Source of the DNA: Paraglomus brasilianum
Taxonomy: Eukaryota
NCBI GenBank assembly: GCA_910592345.1
Contig: CAJVPI010000016.1
Span: forward strand, 62,001 to 85,712
Length of the DNA stretch: 23,712 bases
Reading direction: 5' to 3'
The notes below the pieces were generated by a model. That model saw only the letters and a list, made by a program, of their open reading frames with translations. It had not been told where the DNA came from and did no database searches. Each line of letters opens with the position of its first letter. Within the stretch, counting starts at the first letter, position 1. Made by a program: the position numbers and the translations under genes. Below, in pieces: positions 1 to 11,556 of the stretch.

Positions 1-97
1 TGACATCGATAGCTAGTATGCCTTGCTTTATTCCCTCTCCCTGCTTAGTCAAGCACAGTATATCTGTCCCATTTATTCCTACGGCAGGTCTGTTCAT
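1..97 (-). CDS. Possible 5' end of a gene running off the left edge, divergent from the homeobox gene (MNRPAVGINGTDILCLTKQGEGIKQGILAIDV...)
   Basis: Minus-strand ATG at 97-95 follows an A-rich tract, and 32 codons are open to the window edge. No recognisable domain; could be chance. Confidence 0.2.
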   Translation of the reverse strand, partial: MNRPAVGINGTDILCLTKQGEGIKQGILAIDV

Positions 98-485
98 CAC
101 TTTTTTTTTCGGTTGATCGTGAATACGCGATAGAGATTATCATCATAAACGCGAATACTAATCAGTATGTGGTGTTGGTAATTTCTATTCACTGACCACT
201 CGCTATTACCTTTTCACATGCATTTTCCCTTGAGCGGATTTCATCTTATCGTATTATCTTTCATTGGTGCTTCTCTGTTTATCTTTATACTTGGGGATGT
301 TCTGATAGGCTCGAAATTTATATGTACAAACCACAATTGGCAATTTGATTTTACGAATGACGAAGCATGTGGTAAACACTGTGCTGCTGCTATTGGCGCG
401 TTTGTGTTTAATGAGGGATGATATGGAGGGATGGTTAGAATAGGGTAAATTTAAGAGTAAATACGATTCTTACATGTAACAGAGT

Positions 486-511
486 TGTATGTGTATGTGT
501 ATGTGTATGTG
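486..511. repeat. (TGTATG)4 microsatellite
   Basis: tgtatg tgtatg tgtatg tgtatg tg read directly. Confidence 0.85.
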
Positions 512-1969
512 AATGATTATCTATATGTTGTCACATCTTACGTCTAATGTTATGATATCTACTCTCGAGACATAACTATTTAAATTGTCTAAATCATTAC
601 CCATGTCGTCATTCGGTGACGCTTATTCTATGTATGCTTCAATTGTCTTAAACATCCTTTCTTCACCCTTAATTATGATTAATTGACTTTAATTAGCATC
701 TCGATTGCTGTTGGTCTAGCGTTTTGTTGTGGTATGCGAATTGCCTTGCCTGGATTAATTTCGGCTAACCTTAATAAATTAAATGCAAGCTTCTCTAACT
801 ATAATTATAAAGACTGAATTAGAAATACATAAATAGTAGTAGTAATATAATAAATGTAAAATTAACTGATGAGAAATTTAGTATTTGTTTTGTATGCTGC
901 AAATCAACTAACCTGTTTGACTAAAAATAAATATCGCACTTATAATAATGCTGGTTTAATATTGGCTTTGTTGATTCTGTTTTCTCTTCCGATGTATCGT
1001 TGGTTATCAAATATTTATACACACGGTATTTCAGTCTGTCCCATAATCCGATTTAATAGTTTAACCAATCTCCGTATTTAAAGTTACAGTGCTCGTTTGA
1101 TGAGCCGGCTGGCATGTTTCATGCCCTTCTTCTTCCCCTACCGTCGAGACACGAAGATAATAACCAAAACAAATATATAGACAGATGGGTAAGCAAGAAC
1201 GTGTGTCACGGATATGAGTTACGTTCAGGGTGAAAAAGATAATCTACCGAATATTAGTGCATACACATCCGTTCGGTAGGATAGTGTTGTGTCTAATGCT
1301 GTGTCTAGTGTTGTGTAAGTAGTGTATCTCTATTGTATTAGTAATTAATTATTTGGATTATTAAATAAACAGAAGTTTAAATCACACAATCAATTTTCCG
1401 CCACTTATCGATTGGAAGCTTGTTGATATGCGTTGTGTAGATGATAATTTAATTTAACCTGTAAAACTACTCAGACCAAGTGCATTTAACTCAATTGCGG
1501 ATGGTGAAATGATGAATATTAATAAGAGGAGAAATCCGGTAGACCGAGTAATGACCGAAAGGGGTAAATAATGTCGAAGGTAATGATTATATGTACATAA
1601 TTTCCGATTATGCTGAAAGCGTGTTTCCCTTATTGTTATGCTCTGTACCCTTACATTTTTGCATGCCCGCTTACAAACTGTATTTACGGCATTTCATCTG
1701 AATAGCTTCTTGTTCTGCTTCTGTATGTCGACAATTATTAGGCTGACCATATTTGGTGATCACTTATTATTAAACAACGACCTCATTCAATGGATTCATT
1801 CGATACCCTTGGGATGGATGGATGTAATTAATAATAACTTGTGGATTATTGTATTTTACACTAATAGGGTAAATATACAAAATTTCGGTTTCAGATCTTT
1901 TCTTAAAAAAGTGTACAGATCGAATTATCCCACCAATTTTAGTGTGCTGCGGTTGGCTGTCGATTGGAC

Positions 1970-2037
1970 AACGTGACCAGCTCAACGTGGCCAACTAAAC
2001 GTGGCCAACTAAACGTGACCAACTTAAACGTGACCAG
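1970..2037. repeat. Tandem repeat of ~5 x 14-15 bp, unit AACGTGRCCARCT(A/C)
   Basis: Units start at 1970, 1984, 1998, 2012 and 2027, each beginning AACGTG(A/G)CCA. Confidence 0.9.
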
Positions 2038-2929
2038 TGAGCGATGATGAAACTACCTTTCATATTATCGATCATACAAGTTCTTGTTGGGAGAGAAAAG
2101 CTTACTAATTTCATAGAGTGCTATGTTTTATTTCTCGCAATTTTCCTTGTATGCTTCTGTTTGTTTGTTCTGCTGCTCGTTACTGAGTACAGCTGACCGT
2201 AATCTGTTAATAATATACGAGCTATAGTTAGTTAATAATATATTTCCTAGTCTGATATCATACATACTTGAAATAATAAGCAATATAAATAAAATTTAGA
2301 ATAGGTTGTAAGACATTACTAATGTAGAATAGACGTATGAATAATCGACAATATGGGACACATAACACATGCATAATATAAATTACGATACACAGTATAA
2401 ATATAGTATATGCAATTTATATTATAAAGCATCGAATAGCATTCAACATTACAAAGCTTGTCATTTCGCCCATTTGACGATCATTTGGGCACCCAGCTCT
2501 CTACAACTCGCTAATTCTCAGCGTTGTTTCCTTCTTAGGTATTGGTTCATGTGTTACACCAGTTATTGCGTCGACCACCGATCAAACATGTAACAACAAT
2601 TCATTATTTGTTAAGCCATGAGACTGATTTTGCATCACATGATTTTTAATAAAATACAGCGCTATACGTTGTACTATACATTTTATACATCACAAAAAAG
2701 ATACTAACAGTTATTTGACATTTCACACACTCATGCTGTCTGTCTTATTTGCAATTTTACTGTTACCACGTATATATAATAAAATAATATTATTCACACA
2801 TTCGTATGCTCTCATTTAGGCATTGCGTTCCACCACCATATAATTATGAAACACAGTTCCATCACACAAATTAATAGTACTTCCCGGATTACCTATAATA
2901 CCCCACCCACCACACTACTTACATCTAAC

Positions 2930-3012
2930 AATTTTTCCTCTTATACCTCCCTCCAACTCGACCATTCCTTCCTTCCTCCTCCCCTTTTCCTTTTCCCTTA
3001 TTCTTCCATTCA
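2930..3012 (+). promoter_or_regulatory. Pyrimidine-rich (CT) tract in the core promoter/5'UTR of the homeobox gene, after a TATA-like TATAAT at ~2894
   Basis: Long C/T-rich stretch 80-160 bp upstream of the ATG at 3090, typical of fungal core promoters. Confidence 0.4.
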
Positions 3013-3089
3013 CCATTAAGATTACACTTCATCAACGATAATCTTGTTCACAAAAACACTTGTTTATTTCTCAATCGCATCAAAAAAAA

Positions 3090-4501
3090 ATGGCTTATGA
3101 CAAAGCAGATTCTCGTCTACATTTACAAGAAAAGCTTGGGGCTGGTGACCCAAGCATTTTGGCTGCCTCTATTTCATCGGAAGATGACAAAAGAAAAGGA
3201 AGAAGACCAAAATACCCTGACCCCAAACCAGGTTACCGTTCGGGGTACTCGGTTAATAGAAGCTTTACTCAGGCTGAAATTATCCTTTTAAAGCAAATAT
3301 TAAAAGAAGCTGGAGATCCCCCCGTTGACATGCTTACGCAACGCTCATGGTCGCAACACGACGATGACTCTCGTAGTGACATGCAATCATCTAATGGAGA
3401 ACATAATGTGGGTGACGTAAAGAATGAACATGATGTAATGGATGCTACCATGATATTCCCAGCTAACGAACAAAATCCAAAGAATCGCGAATTATTATCA
3501 CAGGCACGACGAAAACGAACACGGAATGTTACCACTCCATACCAAACACGAGTACTCAGAAAAGTACTTTCTGTCACGTCATTTCCATCTACCGAAATGA
3601 GAGAAGCCCTGGCCAACTCATTGAACATGCATCCTCGTACCGTTCAAATATGGTTTCAGAATCAGAGACAGAAAGCAAAGAACAGTCCAACGAATTTGAC
3701 CTCGGCTGCTGGTATTCCTCATCTCGATAACTATGGTACATCGGATATTTTTCCTATCCCACTTGCCCCTAATAACAATCCGGGGATATTTTTCCATAAC
3801 ATGTCAATGATGTCCAATAATAACGCGGGCACAAATGTCTCTACTAATGTCACATCCCAACCGATGTCATCCTCCATGTCGCAACAAAATCTATTACCTC
3901 CTTCTCCTCCATACACCATAGTCCCCATATACCAAGCTCCTACTCCCACATATCCATCGACAATTTATCTCTCCTCAGCGACGCTACAGTTCCAAAACTA
4001 CTCAAATGGTAATACAAGCTACCATTCACCTCCAGAAGTGAGCCCACAGGTACCTCAGCAGGGATATAACTCACAAACTGGAGCAAACGGAACTGCTGGG
4101 CAGTATGTTCAGAATCCTACTTTGGATATGTTGGCTGCGGCAGCATTGGAGGCAGAAAACGGTCATCCACCACAAGGAAGCCATTCGCATGTTAGCAGAA
4201 CCCATATAAATGGGAGTCACGTGAGTCATCATGCACATCCGCATCACCAGCATCAAGGACGGTCTCCACAAGGATCCTCTCAACAGGTACGACCAGAACA
4301 ACGGCATGGATAGCACAAAGAGTGCCTATTGTTGACTAATGTTGATAATACATGCAACTAACAATGCATTCCAATAACAATTAGACTCGACATCCACCTC
4401 CTTCGATTTTTACTAGTAAAACATCACCAATTGACGCGTCTGCTGATGCTGTCAGCCCATTGTGCACTTCTCCCATAGTACATGGACTTCGTCCTTGGTG
4501 A
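3090..4501 (+). CDS. Homeodomain transcription factor (Q50 class, Yox1-like recognition helix). Exons 3090..4286 + 4385..4501 give 437 aa; intron retention gives 407 aa ending at 4313.
   Basis: ATG at 3090 in A-rich context. Homeodomain at ~3510..3689: RKRTRNVTTPYQTRVLRKVLSVTSFPSTEMREALANSLNMHPRTVQIWFQNQRQKAK. Ser/Pro/Gln/His-rich C-terminal half. Phase-0 intron 4287..4384 (GTACGA donor, CTAAC branch at 4358, TAG acceptor) leads into a 38-codon exon ending ...HGLRPW*. Confidence 0.9.
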
Positions 4502-6253
4502 GCTATGAGGTTGGTATATAAGCAAAAATACGTAAAAGAAAAGAACATGGTTCTAATATCATTTGATATGATACTTCACCAGTCTTTTCCTTGGATGGCA
4601 CAAGTAACAAAAACAAAAACAAAAACAAGAGAGGCTGGCTATGCAAAAGAAAGTAATTGTTTGTGCGGTTATTTTTGAAGTGACTGAACTTTTTAACTCT
4701 TTGTTGTCACTACAAAAAGAAATTCCTATTTTATTTATGTTTGTAAAAAATTTTTTTCTGTAATATAGTTTTTATGGCATTCAATCAATATCTTTTGTTT
4801 AACAATGGAGCGAAGAGAATTTCACAGATGATAGAATGACGACAAATATTACTTTTGCATACTCTCAGTACCAGTTGCAGTCACCATTGCACTGATAATT
4901 TCTTTTTCCTAACAAAATGAATTTCTTTGTTGTATTATATCAAACTCAAAAGCATTAGTTTTTATTGCTCGGAAAGGCTCATTTTATGCCATATTTTTAT
5001 TAGAGATTACTATTTTATTGTTTTAAGGAAATTGCCATTGCTCTTTAGATACACATTTGAAGAGGGGGAAATGCAATGCACATATTCAGTAACATTAGGA
5101 GCGTTTTGAGAACGTTCTTTGGGATGGAAAATGCGTTTTCTGTTTGATATCTGTGTATTTAGTATTTGGTTTCAGTGATTTGGTTTAATTTACTTTTTCT
5201 TATTGTACAGACACTGCTAGTATTAGGGTCATGTCTAAAGAAAGGTGAATGATGCTAAAGTTGCTATGTAATGACCATTATTTATGCTAGAAATTACTAT
5301 TTATGCACCCTTAGTACACGCACAACTTTCATTTCAAAAGTATTATTTAAGCTTTTAATCAAGAGTAAAGTAAGATAACGGCTTCCTTATTACCCTTCTT
5401 TAGATTATATGTATATCTTGCGCGGGTTCGTGACAGGTTTGGATTGAAACTCCGAACGATTCTCATTGCAAAGTTCATTGCATGTTTCGTCGGAGAGAAA
5501 AAATGAATAAAGCAGCCTATTGATGGGAAAGGAACAAAGTCTATTTCTTATTCTTGTATGCGTGATACTGCGATGAAAACGAGACTTTTTATTATGAATC
5601 TGAATTGTAACATATCCAGTCTCTTATTCAAATCGTATAAGCTATTATGAACGTATTCAATAGAATCGGATAGTATGTCTTATTGGAACCTCCTAGTCTA
5701 ATAGCTAGCTTCATTTGAAGCCGATAGCATTCAGTACTAAATAGTTTGCGAATTTTCGAGTGATCAACATATATATCAATACACAGTATAGTAACGATCA
5801 TAACTACCGCCCGTATCAACTAAACGTACATAATAATTTTTGCGCGAGTCAGCATGGACACTCCCATAACAAAACAAAAATCACGAGACTACTAAAATTT
5901 AATAGTAAACTACAGTATATTAATATAAAAATCTTTCTTTTCAAAAATATCTCGTCTGCAAGCACTAATGATTTTTATATGGTTCTGAAACTAACTGACT
6001 GTGCTTTTTGAAAAAAAATAACAGTAAATTTCAACTGGCAAGAGACAATGGGATTGTATGTAATGCAATAGTAAATTATGGTATGATTAAACGGATTAAT
6101 GCAACCGCTTACAAGCAAGGAAAAAGAGGCAAGAAATGTACCGAAATACACAGAATGTCAAATCAAATGTCAAGTTATAAAGTAACGTTATTGTTTATTA
6201 ATGAGCAATATTAATATACCTGCATTCAAATTATTCAAGATGCGGAAAGGTTA

Positions 6254-6771
6254 TGTATAAAAGGTAAGACATCTTTATTTTATTTTAGACAAATAATGGA
6301 TGCAAAATATTACACTGAGATATTAGAAATGCATCTGCCAGAGGTAAGGAGCATACTGAAAGGCAAATGGCGACTACAACAAGACAACGATCCTAAGCAT
6401 ACTAGTCGCATTGCTAAGGAATTTCTTCAGAAAAATGTCTTTACGGTTATGGACTGGCCCTCCAACAGTCCAGATTTAAATCACATTGAAAACCTCTGGG
6501 CAGTTGTAAAGAAAAACGTAAACCTAAAAATCTCAGTGAATTGGAGAAGTTTTCGGTCGAAGAATGGAATAATATCCCAGATAGCCTTCTAATCAGTTTG
6601 GTGGATTCAATGAAACAACGTTGTAGAGAGGTTATTGAAAGAAGGGGTGAACGAATTATATTAATTCATAGTAATAAAAATCTACTGCTTTTCAAGCTTC
6701 AAAATGACATATTATACGTATCTATTAGTTTGCTCGTTGTTAAACAATTGTCATTTTTTTGCACACTTCGT
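6254..6771 (+). mobile_element. Decayed Tc1/mariner (DD34E) transposon: C-terminal transposase fragment and probable right terminus
   Basis: CIKGKTSLFYFRQIMDAKYY...WRLQQDNDPKHTS...DWPSNSPDLNHIENLW has 34 residues between D and E. A frameshift/deletion follows KKNV, then ...EEWNNIPDSLLISLVDSMKQRCREVIERRGERI in another frame. The N-terminal half is absent. TTTTTTGCACACTTCG (~6755-6770) resembles a Tc1-type TIR end. Confidence 0.88.
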
Positions 6772-7058
6772 TAATAACGATGAAGCAAGACAAGTAAATT
6801 ATAGATACGACAGAAAAAAATTAATGGGTTGAAGAAAGAACGCAACCATTTCTCTCCCGGGTTAGTGGTAAAATTGATAATCAGTATAAGATGTCGCGTA
6901 ACCGCGACTACACAATGTATTAGTATTAATAATCTTAACGAACTTAATAAAAAAACGACTTTTCAAGATTAGTCATCTATGGTGTAGTTATTATTATCGA
7001 ACCACAGTAATATCTTTTAATATAGCTTTTTTTTTCTAAAAGCACAATCAATTAGCTT

Positions 7059-7152
7059 CCTCAGTTGGGGACCTGTCTCAGTTCTGGACCGAGACAACTG
7101 AGTTCTGGACTGAATGACTGGTTTCTGAACTGAGACAGGACCAAAACTCAGA
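7059..7152. repeat. Small palindromic element, copy 1 (MITE-like)
   Basis: CCTGTCTCAGTTC (7072-7084) is a perfect inverted repeat of GAACTGAGACAGG (7127-7139), with imperfect outer arms. Homologous to 14105-14140 and 18506-18550. Confidence 0.75.
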
Positions 7153-8368
7153 TACAACATGCGCATAATGTAATAACATAACCTTCCCTCAGTCATTCTT
7201 TTATAAACAATTCATAGTCTATTTGAAATTTTGGAATGTTTAAGATAGAGAACAGTTTTCGCAGCTTACCTTTATCAATACTTCAGATAAGTGTGAATTT
7301 GATGTAACTAGCATTCATTATTTTATAGAGCTTGTTCTATATTTATTTAAGAAACAATTTAAAGGTGAATCTTAAGCAGCATGCAGTTAAATACGCTTAT
7401 TACACTATTAGCACTTCCCAATTCTTTAAACGATAACACGATAGTTTCTTGTATTGGTAATTAATGTAGTATCCTCTGAATTGCTATTAGGTTAACGAAT
7501 TTAATTGGGCCTTACTTGAATTGCTGAATGGCTTATTATGCGCCGGAAACTTTGCTGCAAAATTAGTTGACCAAATAGTTTCTTCCGTTGGAAAATCAAA
7601 CGGCGAAGAAATTAATATCCATCAGCTATAGAACATGACGCACCCATTGAAAGTAGGAAACAACAGTTAACAACAGTTTGTAAACCCAATTAAATTACAT
7701 CATTTCAAAATAATTTTAAAATTAACTAAGTTATTCCTTCAAAATAGTCTCCTTCATTTATGAATTTTGCATTCTCCCATGACATTCCTCTTGTGGGATA
7801 TTATCAACAATTGCCTGAAGAGTCCTAGACCTGGTTTTTGCGTTCTTTCATAAATTTAGTAAATCTAGCTAGATTTAGGAGAGATGGGACTACGATGAGG
7901 CGCAGCATTGCCATCACATCCTGCTGAGCATGTTCCGTGATACGCTTGTAGCAGTGGGACAACAGGTGTTTATACCTGAAGCAATATTTGTGAGGTTCTG
8001 GGTGTGTCGTGGGTGCGAGCCTTTTATCATGCTGAGTGAGGAGAGACTCGGTTTCTCTCCACTATTTTCTCTGATTTCTCCAATTGGAATTTGTCCGCAA
8101 ACATGGGAACTAGCTTATTTCTGAAATATATAGCTGATTTCTGTAAACGCGTTTTACAAATTGTCTGTTGTGATTTAAGTTTTCAAACTAGCGCCTGATA
8201 TTGGTTACTATAAGAGATTGGAATAGAAATAACATTAGCTAAACCTTTTTAAATAAAGAACAAAAGTTTCGGGCTATTCTTTCACTGTTCATGCTAATGG
8301 TTTATTCGTGCGTTTATTCTTGAAAATTGCTGCAAATCGCACTATTCGCATTATAGAGGTAAGACGCC

Positions 8369-9782
8369 TCAGATCTGACGCTTAGAATACATTCCAAAGA
8401 ATTCGAGACCCGATGAAAGCCTTCTATTTTCATTTCGAATACCTCTAACGGCAACATGTTGTTCATCTTCGCTTATTTGGTCCGTAAGTATTGCTTCCAT
8501 TGCGTCATATATCTTCTGTGGCGAGAATAAACCCATTGGCTTCACCTATATGTATTGAATGAGTTGAACATAAGATATAAAGTACATCACAAGAGCTCTT
8601 TCTTCTTGACATGCATGTACCTCCTCGATTAAAGCCCTTGGTCCACAGTAAGACAAATCAATCCAGTCGAACATATCTCCGAACTCAATATCATCTCTTT
8701 GTGTAGAAATCCACTTTCCTAAAAACTTCACCACCTTTGCTTCAGCAGTAGCCTGACCCGCAATTCGATGCCTTTTCACCGGTAGGTTACCATTTAATCC
8801 TATCTCTGATCTCAGACAATATTCCACTGTCTCCAGTGACATCGTTTCCATTTTGAATACTTGGAAATTCTTCTCACTTAGTCCATCTTGCGAATGTAAG
8901 TACTCGAAGCACGTTTGAGCTAGAGCATCATACCAAGGCCATTTCGATGTCTTGCGAAATGAGCAAAAGTGATTGAGAAAAGGTACTATATTACTTGGCG
9001 AAAGGATTGATTTTATCTTGTTTGTTGCTAGATCCGTGAGGGCAGTGAGCTTCAAGAAGTATGTAAGATAGACAAACGCACAAAAATTGGAGGGTGACAC
9101 AATAATAGTATTCCACATAAGAGTGCCTTTGTAGAAATAATGAATTATCGGTTTGAAGGCCTTTGAGAGAGACTGAGGAGTTATATAAGCATAGTCAGAG
9201 GTGAGATTGAGGAGGGTTGTGAGGCGAACAGTTTGGACGTTACACTGTTCACTGTCTGAAAGAGAAAAGCGTTAGGTATATTTAGACTTTACTAGTCTTT
9301 GTTCTACAAAATACTATATTATTACCATTATTTGCACTCGTTGAAATATTCTCCATATCGACAACATCCTCAATCGAGTCTAGAGATATTGAATCGACGG
9401 AAATTACGGATGGACTGTCTATGGCAGTATTGCTACTCGGAACTTCGTTCGTAGCTTCATTCGTAACTTCACTCCTTGATACGTTTGTTACTTCATCATC
9501 TGTAGCTTTACCAGGATCTTTTGGTTCAAAATATTCTTTAAACAGCGGTGAGCGAACGGCAAGGATACATCTGATCGGTTATTGTGGTACATCAAAGTTA
9601 TTCGTTAGTGTATAGAACGTTGATTATGTACAGAATACATTGGTTTTTTTTTACTTGTGTGCTCGGATGTGTTCCTCATCGGGAAGGATGATGTCGACAT
9701 CTGCGAATAATCTATCTCGGAATAGACTGCCAATGTCCTCGAGCAACCGCTCGTAAAGCTTCACCATATCGGTTACCGACAT
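8369..9782 (-). CDS. BTB/POZ-domain protein with BACK-like helical region. Exons 9782..9655, 9570..9326, 9255..8621, 8545..8369; ~394 aa.
   Basis: MSVTDMVKLYERLLEDIGSLFRDRLFADVDIILPDEEHIRAHK|CILAVRSPLFKEYF matches the BTB signature (D-V..., AHK.IL..RS..F), later FKPIIHYFYKG. Three GT-AG introns have consistent phases and the exon total of 1185 nt is divisible by 3. Includes the ORF-track ORF 8546..9118. The 3' end is less certain. Confidence 0.85.
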
Positions 9783-10880
9783 CCTATATTGCAAGTTGAA
9801 TTATTCGCGCAGTTCAATGATGCACTGTTATATATAATGGCTATGGAGAACAACTCGATGATCAGAACCGAGATTTGTCTCCCACATTTGGATAACGCGT
9901 AGTTGATCATTCACACGGGCTAACGATATTAATATGATCTATTGATTGTAAACAATGGAGAGTTTTATCGCGCGATTGTGGTTGGTATATAATAAATGCA
10001 TGCGTAAATCCTTAACGCCTCGAATATTTACAAGTTAGGAAAAGTTGTACACATGTTTGTTGATACGACGTACAGTGCTGATAAATTATAATTGATTATC
10101 GGTACATATGTATCAGCAAAAACAGATGATCCAGTAATAGTTAAATTGATATGCAAGCAATCTTTATATGAGTTCTACTGCTTGACTTTGTTTTTGCTAT
10201 GATCGAGAGTCTTCTATAAGTAAGAGTTAAACGAGTTGAACTAGCCAAGTATTACAAAACTGATTGCTTTCCCAATTAGGATTCCTTTGTGGTGGACTTG
10301 TCATTGAATGATACCAGTAGAAAGCTTGAAGCAACGATTCAATGAAATCAAATGAACAAAAAACTCAAGCCAACGGACATATTAATATGAGCTCAAAATA
10401 CAAAATAGGTCGACCATAATTTACTCATTAATAAGAAATCCATCTAATTCGGCTCTGTTACGAAAATATCGTTCTGGTGAGACTCACGCCTATTTCTAGT
10501 ACGGCCTGGTGCATCGATTTGGAGTAATTATGGTTAAAGCACACCATTCCTTTAAAGGTTTGAGCTTTTTGACTGCTGCGATTTCCAATTTGTAAATAAT
10601 AAGGAAACAATATTGGCATGGTTCAGAATAATCCATTAATTCTTAGTCTTTGAGTATGTCACATATCAACTTCTATAAATTTGTTAATGAGCATGTCGTT
10701 CTGTTATGGAATCTGAAAAGACTGGGAATATAATGCAGGACTAAAGTGTTACCATAAAATCGTATTTCTAATTAATTCAACAATAATACAAAGGACATCC
10801 GATATAAAGGCCCTGCACTCGGACAAAAATCAATTAGTGAAACATATTTTGAAAGAAATAATGACGCATTAAAATACATA

Positions 10881-10970
10881 CAGTCAACCCCCGGAACCCG
10901 ATACTGCTCGAAACCGATATCGTGCAAAGTCGATACTTTCTTCAAGTCCCATGCTTATAAAACCGATATA
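10881..10970. mobile_element. Solo left end of a pogo/Tc1-type MITE
   Basis: TA|CAGTCAACCCCCGG terminus followed by four spaced CGATA sub-repeats. No partner end seen in the window. Confidence 0.5.
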
Positions 10971-11232
10971 ATACACATAGATCTCGGAAACTAGCTTAGC
11001 CGACATATTTATATTATAAGGTTGTACAAATTTACACTACGTGAAATTTCGAAATGTGAGTCAAAATCAAAAGGGCAAAAGGGCAAAACTGGTCATTCGC
11101 TCAACCTTCTTCGTTATTTCTGATAAGTCAAAAACTAGCTTTTAGCAAGCCTGTTTACAGGAATTTTGTCACATAAACATCGTAGTAACATACTTCACTT
11201 GCAAAGGGTTACCGTTACAGTACTGTACATAT

Positions 11233-11556
11233 GGGCACTGATCTATCAAAAAGGCGGTTATCGTTATGGGTACACAAAATGGTTTTTTTGCATATACATG
11301 TTCTCAGCAGTCCCCTCTACATATCTTGATAATTTTTACCTCAAGTACATTAGTAAAACTTTTCTCTACAACGGTTTGAAGTTGAGTAATACAAGGGCCA
11401 TTCGAAATTCAAACCCCAAATATTTGTGCAGATCATTCGTCTCATGCCAATTTGGGGGTTATCCTGAGAAGGGGTTATTGCTGTCAAAAAACCCCCCAAA
11501 TCTTTGCATCCAAATTTTTCAATGATCGCCATCATGCGTTTGATAGATCAGGGCCC
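11233..11556. mobile_element. 324-bp non-autonomous DNA transposon (MITE) with 18-bp TIRs
   Basis: GGGCACTGATCTATCAAA (11233-11250) vs TTTGATAGATCAGGGCCC (11539-11556), 17/18 inverted match. ATAT flanks both sides (11229-32, 11557-60). Confidence 0.8.

Noticed and set aside
1970..2037. CRISPR-like array
   Set aside because: Units are 14-15 bp and contiguous without unique spacers; eukaryotic context, no cas genes.
218..2593. Short ORF-track ORFs in the left intergenic region
   Set aside because: No domains; composition typical of random AT-rich frames, several with non-ATG starts.
3097..4316. Alternative-frame and antisense ORFs over the homeobox gene
   Set aside because: Shadows of the real coding frame.
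1..4501. HD1/HD2 mating-type locus (homeobox gene, possible divergent ORF, Ste20-family kinase nearby)
   Set aside because: No HD1-like partner is recognisable and the divergent ORF is 3 kb away and unassignable. The kinase is GCK-III type (N-terminal kinase domain, no CRIB), not the PAK-type STE20 linked to some MAT loci.
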